From Chloroflexota bacterium (GTDB lineage: Bacteria; Chloroflexota; Dehalococcoidia; Lucifugimonadales; Lucifugimonadaceae): 64,000 nt of DNA. The notes beneath the pieces are model-generated. The model saw only the letters and a list, made by a program, of their open reading frames with translations. It was not told where the DNA came from and searched no databases. Shown in pieces: positions 51,541 to 61,029 of this stretch (the first letter of the stretch is position 1; every line of letters starts with the position of its first letter). Location of the stretch: assembly GCA_002717385.1 (NCBI GenBank), contig PBDR01000017.1, positions 8,847-72,846 on the forward strand. The letters run 5' to 3'. The position numbers and the translations under genes were made by a program.

Positions 51541-53466
51541 TTACTTAAGAGTTATTGACTCTGGTCTATTTGGTAAAACATCCTGTGAGTTATAAGGAGA
51601 CCAACTAGCAATGTCAGGACTTACTACAAACAAGTTCGCAGATGCCTGGAACATTGGAACGAATAACATTTGTTCAGACAAGTAATCTTGTACTTCAATA
51701 TTATTTGCTATCCTCTTCTGTAAAGAAGTTTCAGTCGCATTAGAAAGACCAATATCACAATACTTTTGTTCCATTGTAAATACAACTATGTGACCACCAG
51801 CAGCACATATATATCGTGCTGAAGTAGCACCAGGTATCCAGTTAATACCATGGGTAAATGGAACATTAATTGTTTTATCTACCGTCTGAGGTCTTCTTAT
51901 GCCATATTCGGTCGCATCAATAGTTCCTTGCATTTTCAATTCTTGTCTCCACATCTCCACAACAGCTTGAGCTGCTGCAACAGTACCTGGAGCAAAATTA
52001 GCAGGAATCCATATCTCATAATCAAAACCATCAGCATATCCAGCCTCAGCCATATATTCTCGAGCTTTATCAGGATCATATGGAATTACCCATTCATCTT
52101 TATGTGATGGGTCGCTTGGCAAAATATTCTGCCACGCGTGTATTACTCTTCCATTACCTTCAAGTATATTTTCTATAATTGACTCTTTATTAATTGCCAT
52201 AGCCATTGCCCAACGAACTTTACGTGCATTTTCCATTGAAGCAGCATCAGAAAGATCTCCTACCCAAGGGAATCCTTTTTCCAAAGCTTCATCATAGCCT
52301 GGTCGAGGCATAACTCCACCTTCACATCCTGGACAATCTGTACTCCAGTAATTACCAGCCATCTGAAAACCTTGTGGACGAGCGATACCTATTTCTTGAA
52401 TGCTCCCACCTATAGCTTCAACAGTTCCTGCAATTATCTGTGGAGAAAGTTCAGCAATATGAACCTCTCCAGCTCTCAAAGCTGCATCTCGGGTAGCTTC
52501 TTCAGGCATAGCAACAATCTCTACGTTCCCTACTGTAGCATCAGTACCAGACCAATGGTTTTTAACAGCTTGTAACGAAACTTTATCTTCACCTTTCCAT
52601 TCTGTAGCCATATATCTTCCAGTTCCAATAGCTACTTCAGCAAATCCTTCTGGACCAAGTTCAGAATAAGCATCCTGGTTAGTAATTACAATTCCACTAA
52701 AGCTCGCATTACCTTGTAACCAAGACCATGTTGGATCAAATCCACCTGCTTCAATGTGTTGTATTACTTCCATTGGACCAGAAACGCTGAATCCAGATTT
52801 CATTTCGGAGCCTATTTCTTCAGCTCCATTATTCACAGAGTCTAGAGCAAAAGCTTGATTATAACTCCAAGCAACATCATTCGCATCCACATATCCCCAG
52901 TTACCACCATTTGAGTGCCAAGGAATATTATTTCTTATAGTGAATGTAATAGCTGTAAAATCTTCATTGATTTCCCAAAAAGAAGCAATCCCTCCATCAT
53001 CTGGGGAATAGCCAGTATGATCTTGAGGTGGTGGTGCAGGAGGAGAATTATGAGGAGCTCTTACAAGAGTTTCATAAACTGAAAAGTCTTTTCCAATTCC
53101 ACCTACAGCACTAATATCACGCCTTTGATCCTGTATCAAAGGTGCAATTCCACCTAGAGCAATTGTAATAGATCCTGATCCAGTTGGTTCAGTAGTCACT
53201 ACGCCAGATGTATCAGGTTCTGCAACTACAATTTTTTCAGAAACTACCTCTTTAATTTTTTCCTGAATTACAACTTTTTCAGTTTCTACAGGTACTTCAA
53301 CCGTCTTAATTTTTTCCTGAACTACAATCTTCTCTACCGGAACTTCCTTGATGATAGTTTGTACTTCACCATCGGAACAAGCGGTTAAGATAAATGCTAA
53401 GGAAAAAGAAAAGGTTAGAAGTGCAAAATAAAACTTCTTCCCTAAAAATGAATTTCCCATACCCAT
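51541..53466 (-). CDS. Family 5 (Dpp/Opp/Nik-type) ABC substrate-binding lipoprotein
   Basis: LTAC lipobox, YETLV, DVAWS, IGTGRY, KVRWAMAMAINK and YDPDKARE..AEAGY. AAGGAG RBS before ATG 53466. Confidence 0.9.
   Translation of the reverse strand: MGMGNSFLGKKFYFALLTFSFSLAFILTACSDGEVQTIIKEVPVEKIVVQEKIKTVEVPVETEKVVIQEKIKEVVSEKIVVAEPDTSGVVTTEPTGSGSITIALGGIAPLIQDQRRDISAVGGIGKDFSVYETLVRAPHNSPPAPPPQDHTGYSPDDGGIASFWEINEDFTAITFTIRNNIPWHSNGGNWGYVDANDVAWSYNQAFALDSVNNGAEEIGSEMKSGFSVSGPMEVIQHIEAGGFDPTWSWLQGNASFSGIVITNQDAYSELGPEGFAEVAIGTGRYMATEWKGEDKVSLQAVKNHWSGTDATVGNVEIVAMPEEATRDAALRAGEVHIAELSPQIIAGTVEAIGGSIQEIGIARPQGFQMAGNYWSTDCPGCEGGVMPRPGYDEALEKGFPWVGDLSDAASMENARKVRWAMAMAINKESIIENILEGNGRVIHAWQNILPSDPSHKDEWVIPYDPDKAREYMAEAGYADGFDYEIWIPANFAPGTVAAAQAVVEMWRQELKMQGTIDATEYGIRRPQTVDKTINVPFTHGINWIPGATSARYICAAGGHIVVFTMEQKYCDIGLSNATETSLQKRIANNIEVQDYLSEQMLFVPMFQASANLFVVSPDIASWSPYNSQDVLPNRPESITLK
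53252..53321 (-). repeat. 16-bp direct repeat at 54-nt spacing, encoding VEK/VP-rich low-complexity repeats in the binding protein
   Basis: ttaattttttcctgaa at 53252 and 53306; protein KEVPVEKIVVQEKIKTVEVPVETEKVVIQEKIKEVVSEKIVV. Confidence 0.75.
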
Positions 53467-53568
53467 CACTACTCCTTTCATTAAATATATATTTAAGCGA
53501 CCTAACTTATGGAGGATCGATTGCGATATCCGTAATCATAAACCCATAAAATACGCTATTTGAAACAT

Positions 53569-53596
53569 ATAATAAAGAATATTTGAAATATGTCAA
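53569..53596 (-). promoter_or_regulatory. Sigma70-type promoter for the ABC binding-protein operon
   Basis: Minus strand TTGACA-16 nt-TATTAT. Confidence 0.55.
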
Positions 53597-53640
53597 TAAA
53601 TTCAGGTAAAATTATACTTGATTTAACGACAATTTAAATT

Positions 53641-53716
53641 TGGTGGGCCCTGCTGGACTCGAACCAGCGACCGGACGGTTATGAGCCGTCTGCTCTGACC
53701 ACTGAGCTAAGGGCCC
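53641..53716 (-). tRNA. tRNA-Ile2 (anticodon CAU, lysidine type), CCA encoded
   Basis: GGGCCCTTAGCTCAGTGGTCAGAGCAGACGGCTCATAACCGTCCGGTCGCTGGTTCGAGTCCAGCAGGGCCCACCA. It is a 76-nt cloverleaf with a G1-C72 pair and closely resembles ileX-type tRNAs rather than initiator tRNA. Confidence 0.93.
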
Positions 53717-53957
53717 GTGTTAAACTATGATAATATTATCTCATCTGATTTTGCTTTCGTATACAGAGAAAATTTAATCATTTTAAAATAACAATTTTAT
53801 ATCCTTACTTTATGTATTAGTTTAGTTTAATGTTTATTTAAGATAATAGATAAGATAATAGAAAAAAATGTAACAGATTTTATGTTCGTAAGGCTAACCT
53901 CTAATAAAAATTACTAATTACTAAAAGTAAAAGAAAATCAATCATTCGGAGATATCA

Positions 53958-55064
53958 ATGATAAAAATCACTGACCTAAATCTTAAAATGTACAAATGGC
54001 CTAGATCAAAGCCTATAACAAATGGTCTTTATACTTATACTCATAATTTACTAAGTATAGTGGTCATTGAAACTGATGACCCAAATATCACCGGAATAGG
54101 AATATCCGGAAATTTAGAAGTTACTCCGCAAGTTGGAAAACATATGTGTGACCACTTCAAAAAGGTTTTAATCAATCTTGACCCTCTAGACAATGAAAAA
54201 ATTTGGAGAGAAATGTGGAGACCAAAACTTGTTGGAAGACGAGGCATTTCTACAAGAATAATTTCAGGAATAGATATAGCTCTTTGGGACATAAAGGCAA
54301 AAATTGCTAACATGCCTCTATACAAACTATTAGGTGGATTTACTAATATGGTAGATGCTTATATAGCTGGCGGATATTATGAAGAAGGAAAAGGTTTGGA
54401 TGAATTATCTGAAGAAATGAGAGAAAATGTAAGTTTAGGGGCAAAAGCAGTAAAAATCAAAGTCGGTGCCTTATCAATAAATGAAGATATTGAAAGAGTA
54501 AAAATATGCAGGGAAGCAATCGGACCTGATGTAAAATTAATGGTGGACGCTAATAACGCATACAAACACTATGAGGCAATTGAGTTTGCTAGAAAAGCCG
54601 AAAAATATGATTTATTTTGGTTTGAAGAACCTGTAGAGCCTGATGATTATATCGGGCAAAGAGAAATTACCAGATCCACCTCAATACCAATAGCAGCAGG
54701 AGAAAATGAATATACAAGATATGGATTTAGAGATATGATCAACCATCGTGCAGTTGATATTTTACAACCTGATGCATTGATAATGGGAGGAGTTACTGAA
54801 TTTATGAAAGTGGTTGCTCTCGCACAAGCTAATGATCTAGATATCGCACCGCATGGTGCACAAGAAATACATATACATCTTGTAACAGCTATATCTAATG
54901 GTATTATCCTTGAATATTACCGTGATACAGTAAACTCAATGTATGGGAAAATATGGGAAAATGAGTTGGAAATAAAAAACGGTCAAGTATATGCTCCTGA
55001 TAGACCTGGAATTGGATTAGTTCCAAAATGGGATAAACTCGAACCTTATTCAATAGAAACATAG
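53958..55064 (+). CDS. Mandelate racemase/muconate lactonizing enzyme family protein
   Basis: GIDIALWDIKAK, KIK, DAN, EEP, GEN, QPD and PH. Confidence 0.9.
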   Translation: MIKITDLNLKMYKWPRSKPITNGLYTYTHNLLSIVVIETDDPNITGIGISGNLEVTPQVGKHMCDHFKKVLINLDPLDNEKIWREMWRPKLVGRRGISTRIISGIDIALWDIKAKIANMPLYKLLGGFTNMVDAYIAGGYYEEGKGLDELSEEMRENVSLGAKAVKIKVGALSINEDIERVKICREAIGPDVKLMVDANNAYKHYEAIEFARKAEKYDLFWFEEPVEPDDYIGQREITRSTSIPIAAGENEYTRYGFRDMINHRAVDILQPDALIMGGVTEFMKVVALAQANDLDIAPHGAQEIHIHLVTAISNGIILEYYRDTVNSMYGKIWENELEIKNGQVYAPDRPGIGLVPKWDKLEPYSIET

Positions 55065-55067
55065 ATT

Positions 55068-56195
55068 ATGGAATCAGTATATAAAGCAGCAAAAAAAGAG
55101 TTGAATTCTGAAAAACAAATGGTTATTACCACAGTAGTGAAAACATCAGGTTCTACACCACAAAAATCTGGAGCAAGACTATTGGTAAAATCAGACGGAT
55201 CAGCAATAGGAACGTTAGGAGGAGGTTGCGTTGAAGGTGACATATGGTTTGCCTCAAGTGAAATACTCAAACAAGGCCTACCTGCTGAAATGAGAAGTTA
55301 TGAATTGAATGAAGATCTAGCCGCGAAAGATGGGCTAGTGTGTGGAGGAACAATGTATTTCCTTATAGACCCAATTAGAGAAAAAACTTCTAATGCCGAA
55401 ACAATTATTGGTGAAATAATTCAAGCATATGATGGTGGAAAACCAGTTGCGCTTGCTCAATTAATAAAATCTAACAAAAAATATGACAAAATCGGGGAAT
55501 CTTTATTGATCAGAGAAAATGGGTCAATAATCGGATCACTAGGATCAAATTCATTGAACTCTGACGCTATATCAAAATCAAGAAATCTTCTTGCTCTAGG
55601 AAAAAATGAATATGTTAAAAAAGATGGTAGAGAATATTATATCGAAGCATATACAACACAACCAAATCTAGTTTTGGCTGGTGGTGGACATATTTCTAAC
55701 GCCATTGCTCCAATCGCAAAAACTTTAGGTTTTAAAGTCTTTGTCATTGATGACAGACAAGAATTTTCAAATAGTGAACGTTTCCCTGATGCAGATAAAA
55801 CATTAGTAGCAGATTACCCGGAGGGGATTAAAAAGCTCGTCCCAAATGCAAACACCTTTGTAGTTGTAGCTACCAGAGGGCACCGTCATGACGATGATGC
55901 TATAGCGGCTGCATTAGAAACTGATGCAAGTTATATAGGTTTAGTCGGATCTAAAAGAAAAGCAATTCTAATTTTCGAACAACTTATTTCTAAAGGATTT
56001 ACAGAAAAACAAATAAAAGAAATTAGATCCCCCATCGGTATTAACATTGGAGCAAGAACACCTGAAGAAATTGCTATTTCTATTGTTTCAGAAATACTTT
56101 CTTTCCGTTTGGGGGGAACAGAATCTTCTATGAAATTGGAAGAAAAAATATTACATAAAGCCATGAACAAAGGTAAACTTTCTAGAATCAAATAA
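55068..56195 (+). CDS. xdhC: XdhC/CoxI family molybdoenzyme maturation factor
   Basis: GSTPQ, GTLGGGCVE, VCGG, GGGHI, DDR, TRGH, YIGLVGS, SPIG and TPEEIAISI. Confidence 0.9.
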   Translation: MESVYKAAKKELNSEKQMVITTVVKTSGSTPQKSGARLLVKSDGSAIGTLGGGCVEGDIWFASSEILKQGLPAEMRSYELNEDLAAKDGLVCGGTMYFLIDPIREKTSNAETIIGEIIQAYDGGKPVALAQLIKSNKKYDKIGESLLIRENGSIIGSLGSNSLNSDAISKSRNLLALGKNEYVKKDGREYYIEAYTTQPNLVLAGGGHISNAIAPIAKTLGFKVFVIDDRQEFSNSERFPDADKTLVADYPEGIKKLVPNANTFVVVATRGHRHDDDAIAAALETDASYIGLVGSKRKAILIFEQLISKGFTEKQIKEIRSPIGINIGARTPEEIAISIVSEILSFRLGGTESSMKLEEKILHKAMNKGKLSRIK

Positions 56196-56229
56196 CCATT
56201 AAATAGTAATCAATTCCAATCAAAAATAA

Positions 56230-56853
56230 TTGAAAATTTCAAAAAAAATAATCTGGGGAATTATTCTAACAGGTGGAAAATCTAAAAGAATGGGAACCCC
56301 TAAATCTCTCCTTAAATGGGGTGAGTCAACTTTAATTGAATATCAAATTAATTCATTAATTAAAGCAGAATGTGATCAAATTTTGATCATCACGGGTAAA
56401 CATCATTCTGAAATTAGTAAAAATTTAAATTTGAGCCATAAATCAAAAATAATTTATAACGAAAATCATAATAAAGGAAAAAGTACTTCAATTAGGAAAG
56501 GTATTGAATGTTTACCAAAAGACATATATGCAGTAATAATTTTAGCCGTGGATCAACCAAGACCCCACTGGTTAATATCAAAAATGATTAGAGATCATAT
56601 TAAATGTGATTCTTTACTTACTTCACCAATCAACAATAATGGTGGAGGACATCCGCTGATTTTCAGTTACAAACTAATAAATGAATTGGAAAAAATCAAT
56701 GAAAAAACTTTAGGATTACGAAAAATTTTCAATATTCATAAAAAAGATATATTTAAAGTTAATTTCAATTCAAATATTATTCGTGTAGATATAAATAATC
56801 CTGATGACTATACAAAAGCTCTAGATTACTATAAATATATGGCAAAAAGCTAA
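56230..56853 (+). CDS. Molybdenum cofactor cytidylyltransferase-like nucleotidyltransferase (MocA-like)
   Basis: LTGGKSKRMGTPK.LL, DQP, GHP and DIN.PDDY. Confidence 0.85.
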   Translation: MKISKKIIWGIILTGGKSKRMGTPKSLLKWGESTLIEYQINSLIKAECDQILIITGKHHSEISKNLNLSHKSKIIYNENHNKGKSTSIRKGIECLPKDIYAVIILAVDQPRPHWLISKMIRDHIKCDSLLTSPINNNGGGHPLIFSYKLINELEKINEKTLGLRKIFNIHKKDIFKVNFNSNIIRVDINNPDDYTKALDYYKYMAKS

Positions 56854-56873
56854 TCTATCCATAATTTCAGAAA

Positions 56874-57644
56874 ATGAAACAAAATATCATGATAAAAAAT
56901 TATAAATGGTCTGATCAGCAATATGAATCACATGAATTCGCAGTAAAAGAAATTTATAAAATATTGGATGAAGTTTTTTTATTTCTAAGTGAAAATATAA
57001 GATGGGCTTTGACAGATCATGATTTATCCGAATATATAAATGGATTATTGGAAAGATACGAATTAAAGTCTAGTGCACCTCCACTAATAGCATTTGGATT
57101 AAATTCATCTAAGCGGAATTATTTACCAAACCCATCAGAATCAGTAATTATCAGAAGAAATGGATGGCTATTAATTAACATTACTGCGAAAAAAAATGAT
57201 GAAAATTTTAGTGAAAATATCTATGCTGATTTAAATACTTCCGTAATTTTAGGTAATTCAACTACTGAAAATGAAAAACAATTATTCTCTACTGTTACTG
57301 AAACTAGAGATTTATGTTACGAATTTCTAAAAGAAAAGGTTAATAAAAAATCATTTGTTTCCATTTCAGAAATAAATGATCTCGCCAAAAAAAATTTCTC
57401 CAAATATAAATTACAAAAATATTTTTCAGGTAACTCAGTCTCAATATTAGGAAAAAAATTATCATCCCCAAAAAAATCTTCATTACATCAATTGAAAGAA
57501 GGTGCAATAATAAATATCGCTCCAAGCTTATATACAGATTCAATTGGAGTCAAATCTAACTTAAATGTAATAATTTCTGATTTTGATACTAAAATAACAA
57601 ATCAAAAGCAAGAAAAAATTAAATATATTGACACCTCAACTTAA
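56874..57644 (+). CDS. Degenerate M24 peptidase-fold protein (metal ligands mostly lost)
   Basis: PLIAFGLNS, LLINITAK, YADLN and IAPSLY...GVKSNLNV align to the M24 catalytic domain. Confidence 0.6.
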   Translation: MKQNIMIKNYKWSDQQYESHEFAVKEIYKILDEVFLFLSENIRWALTDHDLSEYINGLLERYELKSSAPPLIAFGLNSSKRNYLPNPSESVIIRRNGWLLINITAKKNDENFSENIYADLNTSVILGNSTTENEKQLFSTVTETRDLCYEFLKEKVNKKSFVSISEINDLAKKNFSKYKLQKYFSGNSVSILGKKLSSPKKSSLHQLKEGAIINIAPSLYTDSIGVKSNLNVIISDFDTKITNQKQEKIKYIDTST

Positions 57645-58438
57645 TTATCCCACATATGATTTATAGGTCCATTTCCCTGTCCTATAGAATAAGATTCTTT
57701 TATACCTTTCCAAACATAGTTTTTAGCTAATCTAAAAGCTTGATCTAAATCATTCCCTTGTGCAATAAATGATGCTATAGCGGAGGAAAAAGAGCACCCA
57801 GTTCCATGAGTGTTTACGCTATTTATTCGATCTAGAGAAATGTCAAGAAAAATATTTCCATCATATAATATATCGATTGCTTTTTTATCAGCTAAATGCC
57901 CACCTTTTATAATCACGTTCTTAACACCGTGACTGTATATTTTTTTTGCAGCTTCCGCCATAGAATCAATATCATTTACTCGTATTCCACTTAAATATTC
58001 TGCTTCAAATCGATTGGGGGTTGCAAGATAGGAAATAGGTAACAATTTTTCAATGTAACTATTTACTGCTTCATCTTGTAATAATTTGTGCCCAGAAGTT
58101 GAAACAATCACAGGATCAACAATTAAATATTTCCATGAATATTCTAAAGATTTATCTGAAACAAGACTAATTATTTCATTAGAAAAAAGCATCCCTGTTT
58201 TCACTGTAGAAGGTTGAATATCCAGACATACTGAATCTATTTGTTGCGCTATCAAATCAATGTTTATTTCTTGTATACCTTGTACACCGATAGTATTCTG
58301 AGCTGTAACTGCGGTAATAACTGATGCACCATAGGAACCTGTAGCAGCAAAAGTTTTTAAATCAGCTTGGATCCCGGCACCTCCACCAGAGTCAGAACCA
58401 GCAATTGTTAAGATTTTAGATATTTTATTAGAATTCAA
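57641..58438 (-). CDS. thiD: Hydroxymethylpyrimidine/phosphomethylpyrimidine kinase
   Basis: [43 protein letters not shown] and THGTGC. Confidence 0.96.
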   Translation of the reverse strand: MNSNKISKILTIAGSDSGGGAGIQADLKTFAATGSYGASVITAVTAQNTIGVQGIQEINIDLIAQQIDSVCLDIQPSTVKTGMLFSNEIISLVSDKSLEYSWKYLIVDPVIVSTSGHKLLQDEAVNSYIEKLLPISYLATPNRFEAEYLSGIRVNDIDSMAEAAKKIYSHGVKNVIIKGGHLADKKAIDILYDGNIFLDISLDRINSVNTHGTGCSFSSAIASFIAQGNDLDQAFRLAKNYVWKGIKESYSIGQGNGPINHMWDN

Positions 58439-58530
58439 TTTTTCGTTTTTTTAATCTTTATTTATTGATTAAATCTATTCATACTATATTAATCTAATTA
58501 ATCTAAATAAAAAAATTTAGGGACAGATTA

Positions 58531-59238
58531 TTGCAAAAAATTAAATGTATTTTATTTGATGTATTTGGTACTGTAGTAGATTGGCGAGAATCTATCGCAT
58601 CAGAAGCATCACTTTTAGGAAAAAAATATAAGATCAATGGTAATTGGTATGAATTTGCTGATAAATGGAGAAATGCTTATAACACTGAGATACAGTCTGT
58701 TAATCAAGGAAAAAGAAATTGGATAAGTGTTGATGATATCCATATGGAAAGATTAGAAACTTTATTGGAAGAGTATAAATTTCCAAAATTAGAAAAAGAA
58801 AAAAAAATATCGTTTAATCAATCTTGGCACAGGTTGAAACCTTGGCCTGATTCTGTAGAAGGATTACAAAGATTAAAATCAAAATATATTATCGCACCTT
58901 TATCAAATGGGAATATGTCATTATTGACTAATATGGGAAAATATTCAAATTTGCCATGGGATGCCATTATATCTGCAGAACTTTCAACAAAATATAAACC
59001 TGATCCTTCGGTTTATCAATTAGGTGCAAAATTAATGGGTTGTAAGACTTCTGAAACATTAATGGTAGCAGCACATAAATTTGACCTTATTGGTGCACTA
59101 AATGCCGGGTTACTTGCAGCTATGGTGATTAGACCAAAAGAATTTGGTGAAAGAAAAGCAGATATAGACAATGATACAAGATGGGAATATTATTCTAAAG
59201 ATTTTAATGAATTAGCGGATCAACTAAATTGCAAATAA
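58531..59238 (+). CDS. Haloacid dehalogenase type II (HAD)
   Basis: FDVFGTVVDWR, WHRLKPWPDS, LSNGN, YKPDP..Y and VAAH..DL. Confidence 0.9.
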   Translation: MQKIKCILFDVFGTVVDWRESIASEASLLGKKYKINGNWYEFADKWRNAYNTEIQSVNQGKRNWISVDDIHMERLETLLEEYKFPKLEKEKKISFNQSWHRLKPWPDSVEGLQRLKSKYIIAPLSNGNMSLLTNMGKYSNLPWDAIISAELSTKYKPDPSVYQLGAKLMGCKTSETLMVAAHKFDLIGALNAGLLAAMVIRPKEFGERKADIDNDTRWEYYSKDFNELADQLNCK

Positions 59239-59248
59239 GTTAATAAAT

Positions 59249-60118
59249 ATGACATGGAAATTTGAAAACGCAGCACCAGTTATTGGGTCAATCACAGAAG
59301 GGAATTGCTGGGACGGAAAGTTCATGTTATATTCCAATATTGCTATGAATAGGATTCTAAAATTTAATCCTAAAAACAATTTAGTAAGTGTTTTCTGTGA
59401 AAATACAGAAGGAATTAATGGTCTTAATTTCGATGTCGAAGGCAATTTGTTTGGTTGTTCTGGAAATGGTAGGAAAATTGTTCAGATCGATACAAGTGGA
59501 AAAATCAAAAAAATAGTTGATCGGCTTGATGGATTGAAATTGAATGAACCAAATGATTTAGCGATTACGCCAGATGGAGAAATATATTTTTCTGACCGAA
59601 TTGAAAATGTATCAAAAGGTATGGGAATTAATCATTCTTCAATAATTTCAGCAAAAAAAATTGATGGTAAGTACGAATGCTTTAGACGTACATTTGATAC
59701 ATCAATGCCAAATGGGTTATTATTTTCAAAAGATTACAAATATCTATATGTAGCACAAAGTGACTACCGTGCAAGTGAAAAACGAGAGTTAAGAGCTTAT
59801 CCAGTAAACGATGATGGATCATTAGGTAAATATGAAATACTCCATGATTTTGGTCCTCATAGGGGCATTGATGGTATGACTTTATCTGAAGAAGGTTATA
59901 TTGTTGCGTGTAATGGATGGGAAATATCTGGACCTGGTGGAATGATAACCATTTTTGATCAAAAAGGTAGAATACTTGAAACACATCCTACTCCATCATT
60001 AAGACCTACAAATTGTACTTTTATAGATCAAGATCTTTATGTGACTTCAATTGAAGGTCATTTATTAGTCGCAAAAAATACTGGTCTAAAAGGTTATTTA
60101 CTGTATCCTAAAAAGTAA
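59249..60118 (+). CDS. SMP-30/gluconolactonase family protein
   Basis: TEG, NGL, PNDL, PNG, DGMT and PTNC. Confidence 0.9.
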   Translation: MTWKFENAAPVIGSITEGNCWDGKFMLYSNIAMNRILKFNPKNNLVSVFCENTEGINGLNFDVEGNLFGCSGNGRKIVQIDTSGKIKKIVDRLDGLKLNEPNDLAITPDGEIYFSDRIENVSKGMGINHSSIISAKKIDGKYECFRRTFDTSMPNGLLFSKDYKYLYVAQSDYRASEKRELRAYPVNDDGSLGKYEILHDFGPHRGIDGMTLSEEGYIVACNGWEISGPGGMITIFDQKGRILETHPTPSLRPTNCTFIDQDLYVTSIEGHLLVAKNTGLKGYLLYPKK

Positions 60119-60132
60119 AATGGAGAATTGAA

Positions 60133-61026
60133 TTGAAGAAAGAATGGCAATGGGAACTTATAAATGAACATGAATCTTTAACCGAAGGTCCTCTGTGGAT
60201 TGGAAAGGGTCTTATATATAATGAATGTTATAAAAACACTACTTATTTCTGGGATCCTAAAACCCTAAATACTTCAATTTGGAGAGAAAACACTGGTGGT
60301 GCTAATGGGATGGCATTTGATCGTTCTGGAGAAATTTATGTTTGTGAAGGAGAAAATCACAGATTAGTAAACATAGACATAAAAAACCCTAACTCCATGC
60401 CTAAATTAATTACAACAAATCAAACTATAGATAAATTAAATATGCCAAACGACTTGGCTATAAATTCCAATGGGCAAATATATTTTTCTGATCCTAATTA
60501 TTCTGACAAACCAAATTCTAGAGAAAATGAGTCGATTTACTTAATTGAAAACACTTTCGGAGGATTTTATCAGGTATCACAAGTTACTTTTGATACTAAA
60601 AAACCTAATGGCGTTTTGTTATCTGTAGATCAAAAAAGTTTATTCGTAGCCGAATCACCTCTCGATATTAATTTTTCAAGACAACTAAGAAGTTATCCTA
60701 TCAAAAGTAATGGAACTTTAGACGATTATAAAATTTTACATGATTTTGGACCTCACAGAGGTATAGATGGTATGACTTTGACATCTGAAGGAAATATTTT
60801 AGCTACTGCAGGATCCAACAATTCAGGACCAGGTTCAATGATTTACGAATTTAATGAATCCGGTAGGATAATTACAACTCACCTATGTCCATCAAATGAA
60901 CCTACTAATTGTTCTTTCGGTGGGGTTAATAATGACATCCTTTTTATAACATTCGCTACTGGGAAAGTATATCAAGTTAAAAACTCTAATCATATAGGAC
61001 AAATATCATATCCGTCTACAAATTAA
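60133..61026 (+). CDS. SMP-30/gluconolactonase family protein (tandem paralog)
   Basis: TEGP, NGM, PNDL, FSDP, PNG, DGMT and PTNCSFGG. Confidence 0.9.
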   Translation: MKKEWQWELINEHESLTEGPLWIGKGLIYNECYKNTTYFWDPKTLNTSIWRENTGGANGMAFDRSGEIYVCEGENHRLVNIDIKNPNSMPKLITTNQTIDKLNMPNDLAINSNGQIYFSDPNYSDKPNSRENESIYLIENTFGGFYQVSQVTFDTKKPNGVLLSVDQKSLFVAESPLDINFSRQLRSYPIKSNGTLDDYKILHDFGPHRGIDGMTLTSEGNILATAGSNNSGPGSMIYEFNESGRIITTHLCPSNEPTNCSFGGVNNDILFITFATGKVYQVKNSNHIGQISYPSTN

Positions 61027-61029
61027 TTC

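Noticed and set aside
53641..53716. tRNA read as tRNA-Met, or as an integration site for a genomic island
   Set aside because: The sequence matches the Ile2 (ileX-like) pattern. No integrase or duplicated tRNA 3' end was seen in the window.
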